DNA of 63,230 bases, counting the filler, from Phoronis australis (lineage: Eukaryota > Animalia > Phoronida), in assembly GCA_002633005.1 (NCBI GenBank). It is 7 parts of 7 records of this genome, joined end to end, with 100 filler letters (N's around TTAATTAATTAA, not from the genome) between each part and the next. Parts side by side here need not be neighbours in the genome. Positions count along the whole stretch, not along the records: positions 38,914 to 44,206 come from NMRA01002371.1; positions 44,307 to 46,930 come from NMRA01003548.1; positions 47,031 to 58,619 come from NMRA01000235.1; 4 more parts are not named here. The stretch is one strand, 5' to 3'. Under the pieces are notes generated by a model. It saw nothing but the letters and a program-made list of their open reading frames with translations. It was not told the origin of the DNA and ran no database searches. Of the stretch, positions 38,914-51,434 are shown one piece after another; within the stretch, counting starts at the first letter, position 1, and each line of letters starts with the position of its first letter. Position numbers and translations under genes: made by a program.

Positions 38914-41730
38914 GAAGTGACGGAGAAAGAGGAGCCAGGAGCGGATATCGGCGCGGGCCTCCTTGTTGAGTGAAACATGGTGGTGGGGACGGTGGAGCCC
39001 CTTGGTGAGGTCGATGAGGCGGCGGAGAAAGGCACGGCCTGGCAAAATGACCAAGCAAGCAAAGTTGAGAAGGCCGATGAGCGATTACATGTCGCGGAGG
39101 GTGACCGTGCGCTTACGTTGGAAGCTGAAGAGCAGCTCCTGGGCTTTGTCGAGCTTGTCCTGGGGCAGAGATGCAGACATGGTAGAGGTGTCGAGGTGAA
39201 TGCCGAAGAGCGTGAGGGATGTCGTGGGGGGAACAGTCTTATCCCGGTTGATCGGGACACCAACGGAGGAACAGAGGAGAAGGAAATTGTTGAGATTATG
39301 GGAACACTTGGGGGAGGCTGGGGGACCGATGAAGAAAAAATCGTCGAGAAGATGACAGGTACCCGACGCCTGGAATTTGGATTCCATAATCCACTGAAGG
39401 GATGTGCTGATGCGTTCGAATATGTTGCAAGAAGAAGCTAGGCCAAACGGAAGGCACCGGTCATAATTGAACTGACCATCCCAGGTGAAACCCAAGAACT
39501 TGTAGTCGGAGGGGTGGACAGGGACCAGGCGGAAAGCATCCTGGATGTCGGTCTTGGCCATGAGAGAGTTGCGGCCAAAGGCAAGGATGAAGGTGATGGC
39601 CGTGTCGACAGATTGGTACTGAACCTCGGGGAGGTGAGGGGGTATGAAGGCGTTGACAGAGTGGTGGTCGCGGGATGGGTAGGAGAGATTGTGGATGAGG
39701 CGGAATTTGTTGGGCTCTTTTTTGGGGATGAGACCCAAGGGCGAAACGACGAAATCGGGGAAGGGGGCGAAGAGAAAGGGCCCGCATAACGCGACGCGGA
39801 AGTCTCCTTGGTGATTTTCTGGAGNNNNNNNNNNNNNNNNNNNNNNNNNNNNNNNNNNNNNNNNNNNNNNNNNNNNNNNNNNNNNNNNNNNNNNNNCAGG
39901 GATCAGGCGGAAAGCATCCTGGATGTCGGTCTTGGCCATGAGAGAGTTGCGGCCAAAGGTAAGGATGGAGGTTATGGCCGTGTCGACAGATTGGTACTGA
40001 ACCTCGGTGAGGTGAGGGGGTATGAAGGCATTGGATGAGTGGTGGTAGGAGATATTGTGAATTAGGCGGAATTTTTGGGCTCCTTTTTGGGGATGAGACC
40101 CAAGGGCGACATGACGAAATCAGGAAAGGGGGGCGAAGAGAAAGGGCCCGCATAACGCGACGCGGAAGTCTCCTTGGTGATTTTCTGGAGGGTGATGGAG
40201 GGGTTGGAAAGGGCGGAGGGGTGATTATGAGGGGCGGGGGAGGGAAAGGTGGATGTGACACCAAGGCGGAAACCATGCGTGAAGCCGTCCAGGATGTAGC
40301 GAGAGAGGGAAGGGTTGTAACCGTGAAGGTAGGCCCTAAAGGAATCTACGTTTATAGGGGTGGGAAGAGGATGGAGAGGGGGAAGGACGTTTGCGGCATG
40401 TTTTGCGGGGGTGATTGGCGTTGCAGAACACTGGGACGGATGTCTGGGGCAGGTGGCGGAGTTGTACAACCAGCAGTAGCCCGGGACTCGGCGGGAGGAA
40501 GAGGGTCGAGTGGAGGGGTGTTGGGACCTGAGGGAGGTTTGAACCCAAAGCTCCTGATCGATAGTGTGCCAAGGGGTTGGGGTAGAAGAACGCAGTTTGC
40601 GAAATTGCTGGTCGTAAAACATGGCATGTTGGAACCCAAGAGGAGATGAAGTGCAGAATTGTCTGGGCATACTTACACAAGTGGGGGGACTGGTGAGGGT
40701 GGGAGCTAGGCGGAGTAGATGGACATATAGATGAGAAATGCCAGGAACCACTCATGGGGTGTTTGAAGAGATTTGGACCTGGGTGTGGAGGTAATAACCT
40801 GTTGGTCGTCCTGGAGAGTGATGGAGAGGATGGAGGCGGAGGAGTGAGTGGGGTAGAGCAATTGGTAAAAGTCTACAAATTGGTCAGTAATAACCAGATT
40901 ACGAACCTTATCGTCCAGATTAAAACCTCACGGTAAAGGGTCGTTACTGGAAAGCGGCGGCAGGCTGTGAGGTGAAGCAGGTGGTAGCGGTCCGAGTCCG
41001 GCGGCGGAGACAGCAGTAGGCTGAGGCGCTGGTGCAGGGGCGGTGGTCGATGAAGAAGAGAGCGATGGCACAGGAGTGGATGGCAGCAGTAGTGAGGAGT
41101 CCGCTCGTAGTTGCGTGATGACAGAGGCCACGATGGTGGAGACATCGAGAGACGGCTGAGTAACGGAGGTGGTGGCTGCGGTCGCCGGGGGAAGCCGGTG
41201 ACGGGCGAGCCTACGGCGAGTTGGTGGAGCGAGATGATCGGCGAGGCATCTGAAAGAGAAAGAACAGGGAGCAGAGGGACCGAAGAGTACGGGCATGGGG
41301 GCCATCATAGGAAATGGGCCGAAGGGCCAAAGCCGGGGACGCAGGTCAAAAGTGGCAGATAACAAAATCAAAAACGAAACTGAAATTGAACGGTTACATG
41401 AGGAGGGGGGACATAACGTACCTCCGACAGGGGGCACGAAAGGGGGAGAGACATAATATACAGGGAAGGAAGGGTGGGGGGAAGCACACGGTGCAGACAG
41501 GCACACAGTGCCGAAAAGCGCCTCGACAAGAGGGCACAATGCCGGGGCGGGGACACAATGAGCACACAGTGCTAGTCAGGCACATAGTGCCGAAGCTCCT
41601 CAGACAAGAGGGCACAAAGTGGGTGGGAGCACGATGCACACAGTGCTCGGCAGGCAAACGGTGGCGGAAAGCGCCTCTGACACAGAGGGCAAAGGGTCAT
41701 CCTTGTTTGAGAACAGCCCTGTGTGTGTGT
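38914..41730 (-). mobile_element. DIRS/Ngaro-type tyrosine-recombinase retrotransposon, 5' part (gag-like ORF and RT); 3' part lost in the spacer
   Basis: GC-rich and strongly purine-skewed. RT motifs SPLGLIPKK..FRLIHNLS, MAKTDIQDAFR, YDRCLPFG, HLLDDFFF and GRAFLRRLIDLT. Gag-like segment DKVRNLVITDQFVDFYQLL. In-frame TAA at 39085-39087. Internal 72-N gap at 39825-39896. Outer end approximate. Confidence 0.88.
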
Positions 41731-42564
41731 CTTTACAGTGTTCTGTGACTCTCTTTTATGCTAAGAAACCTGTTTGTCATTCCAATGTAAAACTGTTCAC
41801 AGTCGCACTGAGTTGAGTTGATAAACAACATGATTTCTTTCAGAATTACTCAACGGCGTTTTCAGTCTCGACAATGACAAAAGTCTGTTTACAGGTTTGA
41901 AGATTGTTACGAGTTGCAAACATGGAGCAATAGCTCCAAACATTCTCTTAACCTGCCTCTCGACTACTCAACTACTGTTACCTAAATAGGGGAGATTGAG
42001 AAATATTTTCTTCAATTCAGGACCACTCCGAAGGACGAGCGGTGAAAAGTAACGCATATCTTCAGAAATGCGTGACTTTCGTGTAAGCGTGTTATTCACG
42101 GCATGCTGGATGCCACAGGCATACAGGGGCGATAGTACATCCCCATAAAAAGTTACGCATTTCAAAATACAGCAAATAAAATCGAATAAAAAAAATGTTG
42201 AAAAATGCACATGGAGTTATAATTAACACATACAATGATTCGGAATACAGCCATTCCGCTAGCTGTAAGAAGACTGTCGTCAAAACACAGCTAGGGTAGG
42301 CCTACCACTTAGCCAGCCAGCTATAGCTGTATGTTGACTGTCTTCAAAATACAGCTATAGGTACCTTTTCCACTGTGTGTATTTCTTCAGACCGCGACTT
42401 TACCTATCGCCAGGATTATGACCGACGGCTTTATTGACCAATCAGAACGCAGCATTCTTGGCACACCTTCGTCTGCGTTTCCAAGCCGCCATTTTACCCG
42501 ACAAACCACACATAGTCGAGTAAAACTTACTTTAGTCTATAGCTCAAGAAATTGTCCGCTAAGA

Positions 42565-42775
42565 ATGGGGAAACGGTGTTGATATACCGTATGTAGCACC
42601 GACAGCCGTTATGCTGCTTCAGAATAATATCCCGTCATTTTTGGCATGTCCTAAGCCGAAAAATGATGTTGAAAAGCATGGATCAAACTGTACGGCCACA
42701 GGAGCGGCTGAACCTGGCGATGTTGCTTGATAACTCGAAGGCTATAATAAACACAAATATATTAGTTCCAAGATA
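42565..42775 (+). pseudogene. Degenerate THAP-type zinc-finger fragment of a DNA transposon (ISL2EU/Harbinger-like)
   Basis: MGKRC*YTVCSTDSRY...FLACPKPKNDVEK..AWIKLYGH...NKHKYISSK across frameshifts. Nearby 42105-42245 is shared with 57720-57850 inside the related TIR element. Confidence 0.55.
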
Positions 42776-43422
42776 AGCACTTTTCAGCTTAGTGGGGCTA
42801 TGGCGGTGTAGGGCTATCTCAGATTTTGACTCCCGAGTTTCCTACGTCTGGGCGCCTTTGTCTCGGCACCTGCTGGATCTCAGCACTGTAGCGGTAGTCC
42901 CCGGAAATTGTTGTTTTCAAGGACATTTTTATTTTATGTTTTTTAAATTATTTCAACCTAATGGACATTACTTGTTTCGTATCAGAGGTACATTTTGTTA
43001 TTCATAAACCGTACGTAGGCTGGCGTTCAACTGAACTTCTTGCAAAGGGACGGGCACTGGGTTACTGCCGGAACTCAAAGCCTTGGTCGAGCTGTTGTCA
43101 CAAAAAATAAACTGTTGAATTACTTTGACGTGTACCTCTAGTATACACTATATCTGCAGAGTTAGAGAGAACTCATTTTGAAGTTGTTCAAACATGAAAT
43201 TTAGATTTATGAAGCTTTAAAAAAGAATTTGAGTTATTTTTGTAAATACCCTATTTTTGCAACTACCACACCAGACTTGTAATCTTTTGTAACCATACCA
43301 GACTTAGTGATCATGCTACCTTAAATGAAAGCTACCTTTATGGAATGAAACTAAAAAAAATGCCAAGTTCATAAGAAAATAGGCCTAATTTAAATGTCTA
43401 AATGGTGCAAACAGATATTTCC

Positions 43423-44206
43423 ATAGGCGGATTTAGGGGGCTGTCGCAAGCACTGAAACAGGAACAGCATGAAGCGTGAGGAAATATTGAGTTCAGTAAC
43501 TAGGACCGGTAGCGGAAGAGGGGGGCTCAGACCCCAGATCGCGGCGGAATCGTGTTCCTGGTTTCTTTAGGCCACCGATAGATTTTCTGAACAGAAGGTC
43601 CAACGGTCTACATCCCTGTTGAAAAGCCTCGCCTCTTGTCTCTGTAGAAGAGTTTTCAAATAGTGCAAAAACACTCATCGATTCCACCGGGAACGTCGTT
43701 TTGCGACAGTGTGTTTGCCTCTGACATCTCGTTCGATTGTCGGGTAGCACGTGACTTTTTACATAGGGGCGGGCTTGCGATAGGTCAATCTGCTGGTCAC
43801 CTCGCCCATTACGGCGTTTTCCCGTTGCTCCCCAGTGGCGGATCAAGGATATCACAAGGGGGCCCAACATCCCAACATTTTTTCTGTAAACATTTGCGCA
43901 AAGCACGATTGTAGACGCGCATAGCACCGAATGGGGGGAGGTCGGAAGGGGGGTTTGCTCCCTCCCGCCCAGGAAAATTTTTCTGTTTTTTCCTCTGAAA
44001 ATCAAACATTTTCCTTGATTCCTGAAGTATTATCCAAGAAAAAAAAGCGTCAAACTTCAAAATCTGCAATTAGGGCCTACCACAGACTCGAACTCACGAC
44101 CTGGCGGATAGAGCGCTCTTGCTTTACCACTGCACCACCACGTATTCACTCGAAAGCTGATACTAAGAGACAAACTTGTTTATGGTCCACAGCGTTTGCG
44201 TGCGAA
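43423..44206. mobile_element. Nested or adjacent MITE-family relics related to 485-640 and 1929-2165, including a tRNA-like segment
   Basis: TIR-like starts CATAGGCGGATTTAGG (~43422) and CAGTGGCGGATCAAGGATATCACAAGGG (43833); shared CACGATTGTAGA.GCGCATAGCACCGAATGGGGGGAGGTCGG. Confidence 0.65.
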
Positions 44207-44306
44207 NNNNNNNNNNNNNNNNNNNNNNNNNNNNNNNNNNNNNNNNNNNNTTAATTAATTAANNNNNNNNNNNNNNNNNNNNNNNNNNNNNNNNNNNNNN
44301 NNNNNN
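44207..44306. other. Artificial contig spacer
   Basis: N44-TTAATTAATTAA-N44. Confidence 0.95.
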
Positions 44307-46089
44307 TGAGGGAGGATAGAAACTTTGTGGTAACCACAGCGTTTTTCTTCACGCGTATTTCAAAGATCGTGAGTTATGTGATTTTATCTGGCAATTTCCT
44401 CACACTGAAAATGAACTGCTCTGTACTAGAGGTTCTGAGATGGTACTTTCATCCGAAATCGGTTAAAACATATTGTGACGTAATTTCGCTTTGCATGCCT
44501 GTGCTGGATTCTTAATTGATGAGCTTTTCTTTAAAAGTATTGCCACTCTCATATGAGCTTGAGTTGTTGCTGAATGAACTGGCAACTCAGGTCGCATGTA
44601 CGCAACTTATTGTATACTATTGATTTCGTCATTTTTGGAAACACCAGTTAATTGTAAAGTGTTAGCTTGGGCTGCTGATCACTTTTGAAGTTCATGGTAA
44701 AGGTAACGAATATCGTGACATCGATTTATCATGAACCATGGAGTAAAAAGTGTAAGTGTATTACCGTTTTAGCTAAGTAAAGATGGTGGATGGTGTTAAA
44801 AGTGGCAAACTGGAGGAACTGCTGGTACTCTCAGGTGATACACCTGTATTTCGGTCCCCCTTTAAATTAAAATAGGCAACATAGGTGTCGTGAAACAGCT
44901 GATGTCAAGTCAGTATTGGGTTTGAGATAACACCGACATCTATAGTGCAGGGTAGTAAGAGTTTAAACATGTATTCAAAGCATAACATAAGACATGAACT
45001 GATGCCTTGGGAACTCGGATCACGGCAATAGACGAGGTAAACCGACTAGTAATCTATCGAACACTCGTGCAGTTGGATAAGACAGAAATAGAACACGTAG
45101 CACGCATCATGTCGATTTATTCGGTATTTTCACATGTTTGAATTATATAGACCATAATGCAGTTGGCACGGGCTTGCGCAAACCCATTTTGATTTTATCT
45201 CCCTCCTCGTCGCCAGATGACCTTCGGTTAGGGAAGGACATGTCAGAGGCCTTGACGTCAGCAGTGAAGACACTGGAAAAAAACAGTTAACGATCTGAGC
45301 AGCAACAATTAATAAAGTTGAATAAAAACTTGAACGTGGGGAACTATGAGCATCAATAACCACGATCTCAACGTCTATTATATCAACGTACAGTATACGA
45401 TTAAGTATTAAAACTGCATGCGGAGTTAGTCAATAAAAGTACGAATCAGTATAGCTTACATAAAATAACTTAATAATTAAAGATAATTTGTATAACTGTA
45501 ATAACTGCGAAGCGATACCGAAGCTAGGTTACAGTGAAACAACACCTGAGACTGACAAAAAGTAGCATGAGTAAAAGGGAGTACAAATACTGCCGAAAAT
45601 AAGAAAAAGACTAACATAGAACAGAATAACATGACACTAAAAATATGTCAATCATCGTAACAAGGTGTCGAAATGAGAGTAACTGAAATCTAAGAGGAAA
45701 ATCAAGCTAACATATGGATTGATAACAACCAAGGAATATACATAAGGTACTCGGTAAGGTACATAGCAGACGTAATGTATGCTGCATACGCAGGTATATG
45801 TAAACAGTAATAGTGACACGTATAGACAGAAATTCATACAGATAATGAACCTAGAACGGGAATAATGTCTGAATCTTTGGTAGGGACCTACTAATCGATA
45901 AATAGGAAGCTGTAGTTTAACTAATTGCAGCGCCACCTACAATACTTTTTCTATTACTCTTATAAATACTGGATATAGAAGGCGCTAAACCATTGTAGTG
46001 CAAAGAAAGATGAAATGGTGACTTCATTCATAGGTAAATGATGTTTCAGAAGTCAGTGTTAAGTTCCCAGCAAATTCGTATATTTCAAG

Positions 46090-46845
46090 CTACCTCTGTT
46101 ACACAAACAGAAGATAAAGGTTCACAATTTTAGAGACACAAAACAAGCACTAGTTCAGCAGTTCCCACTATAATCGATGTGCCACCTCCGGGAAGTCAAT
46201 AAATAACGGCTAGATGAAATTATGATGATCAAGTAGAAAATGCAAGTCAATTGACAATTTCTTTAACTAATAGCTGCACCACCTGTAGGCAGGTAGATGA
46301 CGTAGAACTTATCAACTGGCTCAAAATTTTAGAGTCTCCAAACACGAATTTCAACTAATTCAACTATTCCCACTCTTCACTGTGCCATCTGTAGGCAGGT
46401 AGATAAAATCATAACCAACAGGCTTACAATTTTAGAGACACCAAACACGCATTTCAACTAATTCAACTATTGAAACTAATCGCTGCGCCACTTGCAGGGA
46501 CAGACTCATAGTGATGACAAACATGCAGTCAGCAACAGGGCCACAACTTGAGAGACACAGAACACAAACTTCAATTAATTTGACTATTCCCATTAATCGC
46601 TACGTCACCAGCAGGCAGACTAATGAAGTACATGACGTCAGCAAAAGGCTCACCAGATCACAAGTCGAGAGACACAAAACAAGCAGTTCAACTAATTCAG
46701 CTATTCCACTAAAAGATGACGCCACCTGTGGGCTGGTAGGTAAGATATATGGCGCCATCAATAAGCTCCCACTTTTAGAGACACCAAACACGCATGTCAA
46801 CTTATTCAACTATTCCCAAAAATCGCTGCACCACCTGCAGGCAAG
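46090..46845. repeat. Tandem array of ~7 diverged 97-117-bp units, each carrying a CTCF-like motif
   Basis: Shared TTTTAGAGACAC.AAACA.GCA..TCAACTAATTCAACTATTCCCA, then motifs at 46181, 46278, 46384, 46487, 46604, 46721 and 46830 (e.g. GCACCACCTGTAGGCA, GCGCCACTTGCAGGGA, ACGCCACCTGTGGGCT). Confidence 0.8.
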
Positions 46846-46930
46846 GCAGTGACCCCGGTCTTTCTTTCTCACAATGCCAATAATACCTCAGATAGCGCTA
46901 CAATTGGTAGAATTACTTGAATTAGTGGAA

Positions 46931-47030
46931 NNNNNNNNNNNNNNNNNNNNNNNNNNNNNNNNNNNNNNNNNNNNTTAATTAATTAANNNNNNNNNNNNNN
47001 NNNNNNNNNNNNNNNNNNNNNNNNNNNNNN
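46931..47030. other. Artificial contig spacer
   Basis: N44-TTAATTAATTAA-N44. Confidence 0.95.
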
Positions 47031-48741
47031 ACACAATTGTCAGTATTCCTAAAGCCGACGTTTTCCCAGCATGTGTTTGGATATTGTCGAGACAGACGAT
47101 CAAGGACTTGTTCACCTTATGCACATCCGCTTTTGGCACCGATCCACCAAAATCTTTCAGAAATACGACACCACTGCTTAGTACACTGAAATCACCTTCA
47201 TAAAGTGTCTTGTTTGTGCATTCATTCGAACTGGTATTTGCTGGAAAACAATCACTCTCATTCACGGATACTGACACCACGTAGCCAAGCCATGTGGAAG
47301 AGAATAGCCATTTCATGTGAGATTCAAATTTGTTATCCCTCGTTCTCTTATTTGTTTTCTGTAAATGGCAGCCAGTGTTGTTTAATCGCTGCATGAACGA
47401 TATGTCGAGATGAATCTTATCAACTGAGTAACTACCTCCGAAAAAGTGTTTTTCCACACTTAGTGTGAAGCTAGGTTTCGAATTTATGTCAAACGACTTT
47501 TCCAGACCTTCTTTCACTATGAAGGGCATGGTTCGGCTCTTAAAAATTTTTCTTTCCATTTCCGTAGTTACGAGGTTGTCTTGAGATGGAATATATTGTA
47601 TGTCTATACACACGGACGATAGTGTATAGTAAGGAACACACTCCCCATTTTGCAAAATATACTCTTCTTGACACCTTGAAAATCTGCATTTCGTGAGATT
47701 AAGCGAATCGCACTCGGCTATGGAAGCTGCACGATTTTTTGTTTTGGAGCCTAAAGATTCGGATAAATCAATATTAATTTTTCCAATATTGTTCACGTCA
47801 AGCAGTAGCGAGAATGAAAATTTCCATAACTTAGGATCAGACGGACCTGTTACATGGGGCAGTTTTGGGGAAGGTCCTTGGCAAGCCAATTTAGTTATGT
47901 TTTGCGGGTCATTGCAAATGGCACAAAAATAGTTTTTATAGTATCTTACATCAGACAAAGCGTGCAATGTTTGAGAAGATCGACAGCGATTTACTAATTC
48001 ATTTGACATGCAGCCACGAGGACAATCACGGACAACTTCCGGATGACAGTAACGATATGAACCATCTGCGTCTTCCATAGTCAAATTGCAAAAAGGGTCA
48101 TTCAAGCGGTGCAGAAATTCTTGAAGACTGCTTTCAGCAGAACTTCCAGACTTGTCATAACACGTGAGATCAAATTTCCAAAATCGCACATTCTTAACAC
48201 CGTGGCACTGAGCACAAAAGAGATTCCTGTATTGTATTCCGGTTACGTTGTCTCTCACTGGAATTCTGTTCACCACGGATTCGTCAGTGTTCACACAAGC
48301 TCCGGCAATCTGGTCGTCTTGGAACTTATCTGGGCATTTGTTCACCATGAGTGTAGTGTAAGTCTCTGAAGAGGTTACCACTTCGAAGCATTCTGCTGAA
48401 AGGGGGCCTTTTGCCGCGGTAGTGTTGTTCGCAATATCTGGACAGTTGTCAAAGAAATCTGGACAGCAATCGCCATATTCAAAGCAAAGAGAGTCACATG
48501 AGCACGATCGTTCTGAGCGATAAGAGGCTCCTGACTGGGGTACTTGAACGGTCAAACCGCATGCATCAGTGGGACAAGAAAGAAACGGAGAAGAGTTAGA
48601 ACACGCTTTTGTCAGAAATCCGAAAAGCCTAACATCATATTCTGTCGTGTTATCGCATCCATAAAACGAGGTAAATCCCGATTTTGTACAAATAAAAACA
48701 CTCGTTAAAATAGCGAACTGAAGCACAAATGGAGTGTACAT
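47031..48741 (-). CDS. Somatomedin-B-domain, Cys-rich membrane receptor (probable class-B/adhesion- or Methuselah-like GPCR), truncated by the spacer
   Basis: About 570 uninterrupted codons: signal peptide, SMB motif CSCDSLCFEYGDCCPDF, two copies of the module Y(R/K)N.FCA.C, and the start of a hydrophobic helix (SALGILTIV) at the gap. Possible 5'-UTR intron acceptor at 48807/48806. Confidence 0.75.
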
Positions 48742-50282
48742 TTCTGCAGTACGTTTTTTGGTAAACCACGTGACTAGTAGGCGCAGTTATTCTTGTCACC
48801 TTTCCCTGTAAGTGTAAAAAATTGATTATCAGTGTATATAACAAACACGTCAATCAAATGTCCTAAAAAACTCGGTTCTTGATATTCAGAAACATGTGAG
48901 AGAAGAGAAGAGTACATTTTGAACGTTGTATGACGTAATAGCAACACTGCCTAACGACGTGCCAGTCCACTACCACTAGCAAGCCCAGACTAGCCAAGCT
49001 CGAGATTTAAAGATCAATCTCAGATTATGTGTACTTCTCCATACAGATAGTTTATTGAAAATGAGTTTTGACTGCGAGTTCTTTTTCAGAACTCATTCAA
49101 TTTACAAACGACGACTTTTGCCCCTTTTGTTGACAGCCCGAAGAGACTTTGAATCACTTGTTTTGGAACTGTGAAAAAATTGAACGTATTTTGGACAAGG
49201 GAAAATAATGAAACTTTAAACAAAGTAAATACTTTTTGTGTCGGCTTACTCTCCTACAACAATGTTATCATGGGCTTTTCTGATAAACAAGACACTTTTA
49301 AAACATCATTTTACTTTTGAGTAGAAGTTTGTGTCGAAAAGATAGCTTTGGGCGTTTTTGAAACGTACATCGAACAGTGCTATTTGAGTGAAAAGAGATG
49401 GCGTTACTTTGAAACTTTTCCTATTAACCAGCAGGATTGTGTATGCGAGTGTGCGTATTCATGTGTGCGTGTCTGTGTGTGCTTTTGTAAATGTCTGCTT
49501 TTTCCCAGTTCCAATAAACTGTGAAGCATTTCGCACCATAGGGGGCTGAGGGGTTATAGTCCCCCACCTTTTTCAGTGCTCCGACGTCAGTGGTAGGTGA
49601 CGTTCTCGGTATTCGTTTGGTAATGGGAATAGAATCTTATAGCGGTAAAGAATTTTATGAGGCCGATTTTACGAGAACAAGGCCAAATTCTCAATATTTC
49701 CGATAGCCATACTGAGGAGAGGTAAATCCAACTTTACATTAAAGTTGGTGGACCTGACCTTGACAAGTAATACATCTAAAATCGAACTTGAACCATTTTT
49801 TGTGAACTGTTGATGGACAAAAATCTGTTGTTATTCTTTTTCTTGTTGTTGTTATTGTTTTTGTTCTAACTGAACTCTCTGCACCCAGTGATATGAAGCC
49901 GCGTGCTCACTGACCTGGAAATTACATGAACGTTTGTAGTGATAAGTGTAAATTCAATAACCTCAGTTACAAAACAAACGAACGAAAGAGATTTGTTAGT
50001 CAGCAGATTACTAAAGGTTATCGGCACACCTCGCCCGCATGCTGTGACCATAACCAGGCATGCTCATATGAGCGAAATATGAAAATGCAGTTCGTATTTT
50101 CCTGTAACTAGCATAACTACAATGAGTATGATTTTTTGCTGAAATTTACTTTCATCACTCAAGTGGCACGCCAATGATGCATGAGAATTTTCACTCAACC
50201 TGAAGCATAAGATACTACCATGGCCCTGCCGCCAGGCCTCAGACGTCACTGCTCCTCAGGACGAACACTCCGCGGGTCTTAA

Positions 50283-51298
50283 AGGAGAATGCCACCCGAT
50301 TTAATAAGTCTTTTGTGCCGTCTTAATCGGTCTATATCCACATCACCTTGCATACGGTCGACCATACCTTGCCAATAGGTGTCGCGTTAACCTGTGAGGA
50401 AGGTGAGAAACGACGATAGCGACGTCAGTGGTTCACATGCAGAGTGAATGCCGCTAGGTTGCGGTGCATCGTTCCCGCTTGTCCGAACTAAGCAGCTGCG
50501 AGGAAAGCGGGTATATCGTTTTTTACTTTCTCGAGAGTCCGAAATGTTTAGGAAGTGGCTCATGGTAGTGAAGAATGAAATGTACGCTGTAAATAGCAAG
50601 TATGAGGCCGTGAAACATCTCCGTGTCTGTGGCCTGCAGAGGTCGACAGTGCCTGACGAATGCCGGCTTACCAAATAACTGCATACGTTCCGTTGTCTGA
50701 GCTTGTTCACGGCGCCTCTCTAGTATTTCTTCATCACTGTATTCCTGTTCGAATTGATAGCCTGTAAAACTTAACGATCCAAGACTTGCGAAGTCGGGAC
50801 TGATGAGCTCTAGCTAAGTCGGGATTGCGAGTTGCCATGTTGGCGTTTATAACAGAGCGTTCTGTCTCAAAATGAATTATTCTCACCCTAGCCAAAACTT
50901 ATATAAAACTGAAATAAAGTCTGTCTCATTAGATGCAATTTGTAATGCCTTTGGAGTGCTCGTGAGTGCAAATGATTTGAGAAGCCAGCAATGTTTTTGA
51001 ACTTGATAAACCTTTGAGATTAGGATAGTATCATTAAATGTTGATCAATATTTAATTTTTGGGCTTTTCCATGTCTTGGTGACATGGAAAAAAACAATTT
51101 TGTAGTCTGTATCACTTATATTTTCTCAAAGCTCACCCAGGTTGTTTCAAAGTGTTAATGTGGATTGTAAATTACCGTTGCATGTCACAACGCGATATAA
51201 ATGTACTCCCTGATGTAAAAGCAAGAGCACTCCCCCAAAAGAGCAGTTACGAAATTATTTTTGTGATCTCATCTCTTCTAAAACAACACCATTCCCCT
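50283..51298 (+). mobile_element. Kolobok-like DNA transposon relic with a degenerate THAP domain
   Basis: TTAA|AGGAGAATGCC left end; candidate right end CCATTCCCCT|TTAA. ORF 50448-50678 (MPLGC...RVYRF...KWLMVVKNE...AVKHLRVCG) aligns by eye with the THAP at 62180. Right end uncertain. Confidence 0.5.
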
Positions 51299-51359
51299 TT
51301 AAACCTCCAAAAGATCATCTGCTGTCATGTGTGGTTTGGTATGGTCTTTTTTGAAATGG

Positions 51360-51434
<75 letters not shown>
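51360..51434. repeat. (CTG/TTG)n trinucleotide microsatellite
   Basis: About 25 triplets of GCT/GTT. Confidence 0.97.

Noticed and set aside
38963-41748. Many overlapping 60-270-aa ORFs on both strands
   Set aside because: Shadow frames of the GC-rich, stop-poor DIRS-type element.
46090-46845. CRISPR-like repeat-spacer array
   Set aside because: Eukaryotic context, no cas genes, and the units are homologous along their whole length with no unique spacers.
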